In this document: positions 56,921-64,000 of the stretch, piece by piece
Layout of the letters: each line of letters opens with the position of its first letter
How positions within the stretch are numbered: position 1 is the stretch's first letter
DNA from: an uncultured Acidobacteriota bacterium
GTDB taxonomy: Bacteria > Actinomycetota > Acidimicrobiia > Spongiisociales > ZC4RG35
Direction: 5' to 3'
DNA length: 64,000 nt
Assembly: GCA_963746905.1 (NCBI GenBank)
Contig: CAVVCY010000003.1
Span: 1,031,296 to 1,095,295, forward strand
Notes under the pieces: generated by a model
Database searches by the model: none
The model's input: the letters and a program-made list of their open reading frames with translations, nothing else
What the model was told of the DNA's origin: nothing
Program-made: the position numbers and the translations under genes

Positions 56921-58633
56921 ATGGAGGTTGACGGCACTGAGCGTTTGACCGCTGTCGAGCGATTTGTGCCCGGGGTCGCGTCTCTTCGCAATTACCAGCG
57001 GCAGTGGTTGCGCTCTGACCTCGTCGCAGGGATCGTCCTGGCGGCGATCCTGGTCCCACAGGGAATGGCATACGCCGAGCTCGCCGGGCTGCCCCCGGTG
57101 AACGGTCTCTACACCACGATCGCCTGCCTCGTCGGATACGCCCTCATGGGGCCGTCGAAGATCCTCGTACTTGGCCCCGACTCTTCCCTTGGGCCGTTGA
57201 TCTTCGCCGCCATCACCCCGCTCGTCGTAGCCGGTGACGACCCGGTGACCGCTATCGCCCTGGCCGGAATGCTTGCCATCCTGGTCGGCCTCATCGAGGT
57301 CGGGCTGGGTGTCGGCAAGCTCGGTTTCGTCGCAGACCTGCTCTCGAGCGAGGTCCAGGTCGGCTACATGAACGGGCTGGCCGTCACCATCATCGTCGGG
57401 CAGCTGCCCAAGCTCAGCGGGTTCTCGACAGACGCCGACACCTTCATCGAGGAGGTGCGCGAGTTTGTGACGAACTTCGACCAGCGTGACGCCACGACCC
57501 TCGCCCTGGGTCTCGCCACGCTCGCGGTAATGCTTGTGCTCCCACGTGTGACCCGCGCGATCCCCGCCGTCCTCGTCGCAGTGGTTGGCACCACAGTCGT
57601 CACTGCCGTGTTCGGCCTCGACATTGCCACGGTTGGCAACCTACCGAAAGGGTTGCCCACCCCCGAAGTCCCGTGGACCGGCATCGGGGACGTGGTGCCG
57701 TTGTTCGTCGCGGCGCTTGGCATAACGCTCGTGTCATTGACAGACACCATTGCCCTGTCCACCTCGTTCAACGCGCGGCGTGGCGAGCAGGTCAATGCGA
57801 ACCAGGAGATGATTGGCATGGGGGCGGCCAACATCGCAGCCGGGTTCTTCCAAGGGTTCGCCGTCTCATCCAGCAGCTCACGCACGGCTGTCGCCGAGCA
57901 GTCTGGCGCCAAAAGCCAGCTCACCGGCGTTGTCGGCGCCGCTGTCGTGGTGCTCTTGCTCTTGTTCTTCAACGGACTTCTCGCAGACCTGCCGAACTCC
58001 GCGCTTGCCGCAGTGGTCATCGCTGCGGGCCTCTCCCTCACCAACTTCTCCATCCTCCGCCGGGTGTGGAAGATCCGACGGTCGGCGGTGGTGCTCTCGT
58101 TGGTTGCCAGCGCAGGTGTCATCTTGCTCGGGGTCCTCGAGGGCATCGTCGTCGCCATCGTGCTCTCGATCCTGCTCTTCTTCGCCCGAAACTGGTGGCC
58201 GCACGGAGAAGTACTCGGACGTGTACCCGGCCGCGAGGGCTGGCACAGCGACCCCGACGGTGACGGTCTTCATGAGCACCCGCAAGTGGTGGTGTTCCGT
58301 TGGGAGGCGCCCCTGTTCTTCGCCAACTCTGGCTTGTTCGCCGAAGAGCTCCGCCGCCTGGTGCACGAGCGCCGTCCGACTTGGGTGTTGTTGCAATGCG
58401 AGGCCATCACCGACATCGACGTCACTGCGGCGGGGATGCTCGAGCGTCTCGACAACGAGTTCAACGCCAAGGGCGTACACCTCGCCTTCGTCGAACTCCG
58501 AACCCGCCTCCGTGACCTGGTGCACGACTACGGGCTTCTCAAGACCCTGGACCGCGACCATTTCTACGCCTCGATCGAGGAAGCCCTCACCGACATCGAT
58601 TCGACCCTCGGCGAAGGGAAGCCCGGGCAATGA
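56921..58633 (+). CDS. SulP family anion transporter with STAS domain
   Basis: DLVAG, VPQGMAYA.LAGLPP..GLY, NQEMIGMG, SSSRTAV, DIDVTA. Confidence 0.92.
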   Translation: MEVDGTERLTAVERFVPGVASLRNYQRQWLRSDLVAGIVLAAILVPQGMAYAELAGLPPVNGLYTTIACLVGYALMGPSKILVLGPDSSLGPLIFAAITPLVVAGDDPVTAIALAGMLAILVGLIEVGLGVGKLGFVADLLSSEVQVGYMNGLAVTIIVGQLPKLSGFSTDADTFIEEVREFVTNFDQRDATTLALGLATLAVMLVLPRVTRAIPAVLVAVVGTTVVTAVFGLDIATVGNLPKGLPTPEVPWTGIGDVVPLFVAALGITLVSLTDTIALSTSFNARRGEQVNANQEMIGMGAANIAAGFFQGFAVSSSSSRTAVAEQSGAKSQLTGVVGAAVVVLLLLFFNGLLADLPNSALAAVVIAAGLSLTNFSILRRVWKIRRSAVVLSLVASAGVILLGVLEGIVVAIVLSILLFFARNWWPHGEVLGRVPGREGWHSDPDGDGLHEHPQVVVFRWEAPLFFANSGLFAEELRRLVHERRPTWVLLQCEAITDIDVTAAGMLERLDNEFNAKGVHLAFVELRTRLRDLVHDYGLLKTLDRDHFYASIEEALTDIDSTLGEGKPGQ

Positions 58634-58735
58634 GACGGCATGTTCGAAGCTGGTTCGGGGCGAGAGCAACGGTCCTGCATTGCCCGACAGGCTCGATGCC
58701 ACCATCCCTGATCACGGCCTGTAGATTTCGGCCCG

Positions 58736-59185
58736 ATGGTTGACACTGCGGGTATCGAAGCCATGGGCCCGGTCGAGTTCACACTTCTCGAATTCCCCAA
58801 GAGGTCATTCGATGGCGAGATCGCCAAGGAGCTGGCGGACCTGACTGACCGTGAGATCGTGTCGATCTTCGACCTTCTCTTGGTGAGCAAAGACGAGGAG
58901 GGCAGTCTCGAGGTGGTCGAGCTGGTCGACGCCGAGCCGGCGATCGCTGAGCAGTTCGCTGAGGTGAACGGAGAGGTGATGTGGCTGCTTAGTAACGCAG
59001 ATATCGCAGAGGCGGCTAAGACCCTCAAACCCGACACCATTGGGATCCTCGTTGTGTGGGAGAACGCCTGGGCACGGAACCTGCGCAGCGCCGTCGCCCA
59101 CGCCGGTGGGCGGGTGGTGATCCATGATCGGCTCGACTCCGACGCGGTGGCAGCCTCCATCACCTCATCATCTGGAGGTCAATGA
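58736..59185 (+). CDS. DUF6325/DUF1269-like protein
   Basis: MGPVEFTLLEFP, IFDLLLVSKD, LVVWENAWA, GGRVV. Confidence 0.75.
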   Translation: MVDTAGIEAMGPVEFTLLEFPKRSFDGEIAKELADLTDREIVSIFDLLLVSKDEEGSLEVVELVDAEPAIAEQFAEVNGEVMWLLSNADIAEAAKTLKPDTIGILVVWENAWARNLRSAVAHAGGRVVIHDRLDSDAVAASITSSSGGQ

Positions 59186-59406
59186 TGCTGATCCGACCAC
59201 CCGTCGTCCGCGAGATGCGTCAAGATCTCTGGGTCAAAATGACGGCAACCCCTGGAAGGCATCAGGCCCAGCCGATCGCCGCCGCCCAAGAGAAGCCGGC
59301 GACCGATCTTCGGCTGGAGCGTCTCAAGACCTTGGGTGAGCTCAGGTCTACCGGCGTCCTCAGCGACGATGAGTTCGAGCGCGAGAAGGCGAAAATCCTC
59401 GGTTGA
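59182..59406 (+). CDS. SHOCT domain protein
   Basis: LERLKTLGELRSTGVLSDDEFEREKAKIL. Confidence 0.8.
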   Translation: MMLIRPPVVREMRQDLWVKMTATPGRHQAQPIAAAQEKPATDLRLERLKTLGELRSTGVLSDDEFEREKAKILG

Positions 59407-59488
59407 GTGCCTGAGATTTCTGCACCCGGGCGAGATTGTTCGCAAGGGAGGGTGTGTTGGTTCATATCTCAGGGGACGGGTGCATCGC

Positions 59489-60595
59489 CTAGATGATTGG
59501 CGCGCCTAACTCCAGTGTCGGCGCGCGTTCGTCCACCGCGAACTGGGACTCGACGGACTCATCCAGACGACCTGAGCGAAGGTCGTTCCAGAAGCCAACG
59601 AGATCCTTCCGGTCGACGGTTAGAAAGGCAGTCCCCTTCACGTGACTGAATTTGAAAGTGACGACATCCCATGTCGCCACCGCTGCTTCGACCCGGAAGC
59701 GGTCCCGAACTACCTCGTCCAGGATCAGCCCGTCGATTGGGCGCCTCGGCGTCGGTCGACGGTCCAGGTCGACCGGAGGAACTACCGCCCGAGGCCCCTT
59801 GGCCTCCATGAGGACTCGATCGGCGATGACCAGTTCCGATTTGTCAACCATCCCCTCCAAGGCCTCTCGCGCGCTGAGCCAAGATCTCGCTACATGGGTT
59901 TCGGCAGCAACGCGGCCGCGCCACGTCATCAGATATGGGTTCGTCGCCGTATAGAGGTCAAAGCCGAAGGCCCGCCGATCGAGGTACCAGCCGTATCGAT
60001 CTATCGCGGGATCGACAGTCGACCTGATCGCCGGCGGGAGGGTTCGTTTCGAAGTTCGACGCTCCGCTACCTCAACACAAGCGAGGGCGGCTCCTGAACA
60101 TAGGAGGATCGCTGCCACGAGATGCTGATCGTCGGCGTATTCCCCGCCCACTTCGACGCGACCACGCCGGGGACGGACGAAGACCCCGGGAGATGAGACC
60201 GCGTCTAAGGCCAACATGATCGCCACCCCGAACCGGCACAGCATCATCCACGAAACCTGCACCACGAGGTGATCGGGCACTGAGACGTTGACGTGGGTCG
60301 AGTAGCCCTCGATCTCGTAGCTCTCCCCGAGTGACTCCATGAGAACCGATCGGCCAATCGCCGCGTGATCCAGAAGTCGCCCTGTGAAGCCAGAGGTCAC
60401 TTGTTCGGGCGGGGTAGCGATCTCTGCCTCCCTTCCATCGGAGGTGATGACCAAGCCCCAAGGTGTGCGAACCGCTCGACCATCACCGGGGTCGATCCGC
60501 CTGCCCCCGAAGTCACATGACTCCAACAGGACACGTGCATCGCACAGACCAGTAGGGCCGCCAACCTGATACTCGTGTTCGACTCCGACGATCAC
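59489..60595 (-). CDS. Divergent PafA/Dop (Pup ligase/deamidase)-like carboxylate-amine ligase
   Basis: [54 protein letters not shown] align in order with PafA motifs. Confidence 0.6.
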   Translation of the reverse strand: [368 protein letters not shown]

Positions 60596-60638
60596 ATCAT
60601 CACAATGTCGTCAAAGGCAAGCACCACACTCGGCCCGA

Positions 60639-61526
60639 TCACGGAACACGGGTGCCAATGAGAGTCAGCGATATCTCGACCGCATCCTCACACCCGTCGC
60701 CCCCAGAGCCCGATCCGAAGGATGTGACGTACCGGAACGACTCGACCGTGATCCCGTCCGATCCGTAGGTGGGCTCGACCATGCCCTCTTCAACTCGAAC
60801 AGGAAATCCGCAGAATTCTCCTCGCTGTTCCATGGTCATGAAATCGACGACATACAGGAGACCGGCCGGTGTCAGACTTATAGCGCGGGGAAATCGGTCG
60901 GCAGAGAGGGTGAGCACGCATGAGTCGGAGCTACAGGCCTCCACTTCAGCGGGCCCATCCACGGCGAACGAGAAAGACCCGTTGCGCAATGCCTCGGTAT
61001 TCACATAGCTGACTGTGTCCTCGGCTATCTCGATTTCGGTGCCGGGGGCGGCCCACACGCCTGCGGTGTTGAGGACTACCAAGTCTTGGCTCACGAACTC
61101 GTAGGCACCTTCGAAGCCCAAGAGAGAAGCAACTGGCAACTGCCCTTCAGCGGTGCTTTCCGTCACGGCCGGGCCGCCAGCTTGCAGGGTCGAGGTCGGA
61201 GACCCCACCGTCGAAGGCGTGCCGCCGGCCAACTGCGTCGTCTCGGTGGATCCGTTGCCACCTCCAAGGGCGATCGCTGCGACGGTGCCGACGGCAACGA
61301 TCACGACGACCGCAACCGGAATCAACCATTTCGGCCGGGACCGAGGGGGACCGGTTGAGGAGGAGCTAAACCGAACCTCGCGAACCTCGGACTTGTCGGA
61401 TCTGAGAGAAGATGCGTCGGTCAGCGCTCCGGTGAGAGGATCCCGCTCGAGCTTCAGGAGGGACTTGGGATCGCCGAGCTCTGTCGTGAACCGAAGACCA
61501 GGGCCGTCAGGTTCCCGGCTTGACAT
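60639..61526 (-). CDS. Single-pass membrane protein with Ser/Thr linker and Cys-containing extracytoplasmic domain
   Basis: RPKWLIPVAVVVIVAVGTVAAIAL TM; four Cys in the C-terminal domain. Confidence 0.65.
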   Translation of the reverse strand: MSSREPDGPGLRFTTELGDPKSLLKLERDPLTGALTDASSLRSDKSEVREVRFSSSSTGPPRSRPKWLIPVAVVVIVAVGTVAAIALGGGNGSTETTQLAGGTPSTVGSPTSTLQAGGPAVTESTAEGQLPVASLLGFEGAYEFVSQDLVVLNTAGVWAAPGTEIEIAEDTVSYVNTEALRNGSFSFAVDGPAEVEACSSDSCVLTLSADRFPRAISLTPAGLLYVVDFMTMEQRGEFCGFPVRVEEGMVEPTYGSDGITVESFRYVTSFGSGSGGDGCEDAVEISLTLIGTRVP

Positions 61527-61725
61527 CGTCGCCGCCGGTCAGCTTCTGCTCGGCATGGTCGACCGTGCGCTCGACCGCACGGTCCTGAGCTTTCTCCACT
61601 AACCGATCGGCCATATCCTGAGCCGCGTCGCCCGCCGAACCGACAATGGTCGTCGACGATTCGATAGTCGCCGTCACAGACTCCACGGCGCCGGCAGCCG
61701 CTCCTAGGTTTCCCTTCTCACCCAT
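61507..61725 (-). CDS. 72-aa small protein, Pup-sized
   Basis: AGGAGG RBS 5 nt before ATG 61725; overlaps the next gene's start by 20 nt. Confidence 0.65.
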   Translation of the reverse strand: MGEKGNLGAAAGAVESVTATIESSTTIVGSAGDAAQDMADRLVEKAQDRAVERTVDHAEQKLTGGDDVKPGT

Positions 61726-61908
61726 CCCCACCTCCTATTTAAGAGAACACGCAACGTAATACCCCCGTCGGTGCTAGTCACAATGCTCAGCCTGCACCGG
61801 GTCTTACCCGATGTGGCCACGGGAAATCATCTTTGGGGGGCGGGGAAGTCACACGCCGGTCGCGCACGCCGCGGCACGCGGGATTCGTCTATTAAGGCCC
61901 TGATTGGA

Positions 61909-62934
61909 CTACCGACCGACAGTGCTCTCGCGGATCACCAGCTCGGCGCGGAGTGGGATGACCACAGGCGCGGTCTCGCTGCCGTCGAACTCAGACGACA
62001 GCCTTCGCACCGCCTGTCGCCCCATTTCCGTGAGTGGTTGCTCTACAGAGGTGAGGGGCGGTGCAAACCAGGCGGCTTCATCGATGTCGTCAAAGCCGGT
62101 GACCGCCACATCTTGGGGAATGCGAAGTCCTCTGTTGCGGAGAACATGCATGGCGCCAAGCGCCATCCGGTCGTTGCCGGCCACCACGGCATCGAGATCC
62201 GGGACGCGGTCGAGGAGGGCCTCCATTGCGGCGGCTCCGCTGGCGGGAGACCAGTCGCCCTCTTCGCAGAGGCCGGGCTCGGCCTCGAGATGGTGCCGCT
62301 TCAGGCCGCGCTCCCACCCCTCCCGGCGGTACTCGGCCTCTTGCCAGTTGACCGGGCCGGAGATATGGCCGATCCGGGATCGGCCAATCGACACCACGTG
62401 GTCAATGACATCCTCGATAGCGGCGAGGTTGTCGACGAGCACGCTCGAGTGTCTGTCCGACACGCCGGCCTTGACGAATACCACCGGGTCATGGTGGTCG
62501 GAAAGCACCGCCTTGATGCGGTCCACCGCCTGCCCAATGGCAGGGACTGACATGATTATTCCGTCGACGTGATGCTCGACCAGGGCGGAGATGGCAGGAC
62601 GCGGATCGTCGAGGCTGTCGCCTTCGGGCAGCTCGGCGATGAGCACCGTTAGCCCGAGACTCGCCGCCTCATCGATGATGCCTTGCAAGGTGGATGCTGT
62701 GCCGGTGTATCGCATGCCGGCGAGGAGCACGCCGATCGAATGGCTGCGCCGGGCCACGAGAGTTCGAGCGACGGCACTCGGCGTGTATCCGAGGGTGGCA
62801 ATAACGCCTTCGACCCGCTCCCTTGTGTCGGCCGCCACATCAGGGCGGTTGTTGATGACGCGGGACACGGTCTGTGTTGACACGCCACTCCGCGCAGCAA
62901 CATCCTTGATCGTGACCCTGCCCGACCCCAACAT
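61909..62934 (-). CDS. LacI family transcriptional regulator
   Basis: VTIKDVAARSGVSTQTVSRVIN, VTGFDD, PPLTSV, LVIREST. Confidence 0.93.
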   Translation of the reverse strand: MLGSGRVTIKDVAARSGVSTQTVSRVINNRPDVAADTRERVEGVIATLGYTPSAVARTLVARRSHSIGVLLAGMRYTGTASTLQGIIDEAASLGLTVLIAELPEGDSLDDPRPAISALVEHHVDGIIMSVPAIGQAVDRIKAVLSDHHDPVVFVKAGVSDRHSSVLVDNLAAIEDVIDHVVSIGRSRIGHISGPVNWQEAEYRREGWERGLKRHHLEAEPGLCEEGDWSPASGAAAMEALLDRVPDLDAVVAGNDRMALGAMHVLRNRGLRIPQDVAVTGFDDIDEAAWFAPPLTSVEQPLTEMGRQAVRRLSSEFDGSETAPVVIPLRAELVIRESTVGR

Positions 62935-63006
62935 TGCCTAGCTCCCTCTTCGAATTGAGCGATTGGAGATTGAATCGGCTCCTGAGATCACGGCACTATA
63001 GCCGTA

Positions 63007-63032
63007 TGTTATCGTTAACGGGAGCGTTAACA
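63007..63032. promoter_or_regulatory. Overlapping LacI-type operators
   Basis: TGTTATCGTTAACG and CGGGAGCGTTAACA (CG-centred) between the divergent lacI-like and araB genes. Confidence 0.6.
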
Positions 63033-63066
63033 TTGGAACCCGTTGCAGAGGGAAGGCTCGTCGGCG

Positions 63067-64000
63067 ATGGAAGCAGCAAACCAGGTGATCATCGGTGTCG
63101 ACTATGGGACGGCAAGTGTAAGGGCCGTGGTCGTCGACCCTGGGAATGGTCGTGAGCTGGGCGAGGGAGAGTACGCCTACGCCCACGGCACTGACGGCGT
63201 GATCACAATTTCGGGACAGGCCCATCTCGCCCGCCAATCGGCGCAGGACTACGTCGAAGGGCTTCGCGTCTCTATCCAGCGGGCCATGGCAGCAGCGGAG
63301 GCCAATGGCTTCGAGCGTCGCCGGGTGGTTGGTATCGGGGTCGATACGACTGGCTCGAGCCCAATCCCGGTCGATTCTCAAGGAATGCCGCTGGCCCTCG
63401 ATGGGCGCTTTGCCGATGATGCCGACGCCATGACCTGGCTGTGGAAGGACCACACCTCCTATGTCGAGACGGCCGAGATCAACCAGCGTGTGTCCACCGA
63501 CCGGCTTCCCTACTTGGGCCCGTGTGGCGATACCTATTCCAGCGAGTGGTACTGGGCGAAGCTCGCCCACTTCCTGCGGACTGCCGACCCGACGGTGCGC
63601 GAGGCGACCGGAGGATGGGTCGAGCTTGCCGACTTCGTCCCCGGCTATCTGGCGGGTCGGCTCGATCCCGCCACCATGGCACGCGGAATCTGCCCCGCCG
63701 GTCACAAGGCGATGTACGACACGGAATGGGGTGGGCTGCCATCGGCCGAGTTCCTCAACGGCATCGAGCCCGGCATGGGTGATTTCCGATACGCCACAGT
63801 CGCTCAGTCCGCCGTGATCCCGGTCGGGGGATTGACCGACGAGCTGGCCGACCAACTCGGCCTCCAACCCGGGATCAAGATCGCTTCCGGGGCGTTCGAC
63901 GCACATACCGGAGCGGTGGGAGCAGGGGTTGCCGAGGGCACCTTGGTGAAGATCATTGGCACCAGCACCTGCGACACGACTGTGGTTCGCGGGGACCGAC
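63067..64000 (+). CDS. araB: Ribulokinase (FGGY family), 3' end outside window
   Basis: IIGVDYGTASVRA, IGVDTTGSSP, LWKDHT, YSSEWYWAK, CPAGHKAMY, AFDAHTGAVG, LVKIIGTSTCD; absent from the ORF track because no stop lies in the window. Confidence 0.88.
   Translation, partial: MEAANQVIIGVDYGTASVRAVVVDPGNGRELGEGEYAYAHGTDGVITISGQAHLARQSAQDYVEGLRVSIQRAMAAAEANGFERRRVVGIGVDTTGSSPIPVDSQGMPLALDGRFADDADAMTWLWKDHTSYVETAEINQRVSTDRLPYLGPCGDTYSSEWYWAKLAHFLRTADPTVREATGGWVELADFVPGYLAGRLDPATMARGICPAGHKAMYDTEWGGLPSAEFLNGIEPGMGDFRYATVAQSAVIPVGGLTDELADQLGLQPGIKIASGAFDAHTGAVGAGVAEGTLVKIIGTSTCDTTVVRGDR

Noticed and set aside
1-64000. CRISPR arrays, rRNA genes, IS transposases and prophage genes
   Set aside because: None recognisable in the sequence or the ORF track

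Overview
High-GC bacterial DNA with an actinobacterial gene order (SAF-FmdB-galU-moeA-tRNA-Ala locus, F420-dependent LLM enzyme, class E-like sortase). An Acidimicrobiia-like genome is inferred, not proven. The window is mostly core and metabolic genes: a cobalamin-riboswitch-led B12 ABC transporter with cobO, pfkA, rlmN, acnA with a SufR-like regulator and Mrp, a ~16 kb polyamine uptake/catabolism cluster, dapB, uppP, plsY-galU-moeA-moaC, and LacI with a partial araB. At least 8 otherwise intact genes carry single-base frameshifts, most likely consensus-sequence errors. Three regions stand out. (1) 59.5-61.7 kb: a three-gene operon with a compact PafA/Dop (Pup-ligase-family)-like enzyme, a single-pass membrane protein and a 72-aa Pup-sized peptide carrying a QK-x-x-GG-D motif, with no proteasome genes in this window. 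(2) 16.5-20.8 kb: a candidate peptide/c-di-GMP signalling locus with a hairpin-rich leader, a tiny basic/Ala-rich peptide ORF, a near-canonical plus a degenerate membrane HD-GYP protein, a DUF5317-like membrane protein and a LeuA-allosteric-like protein. (3) 52.7-56.1 kb: an integrase-less 3.3 kb islet bounded by a 41-bp duplication of the tRNA-Ala(CGC) 3' end, with a translin/Trax-like gene just upstream of the tRNA. All family assignments come from motif recognition by eye; no database searches were run.
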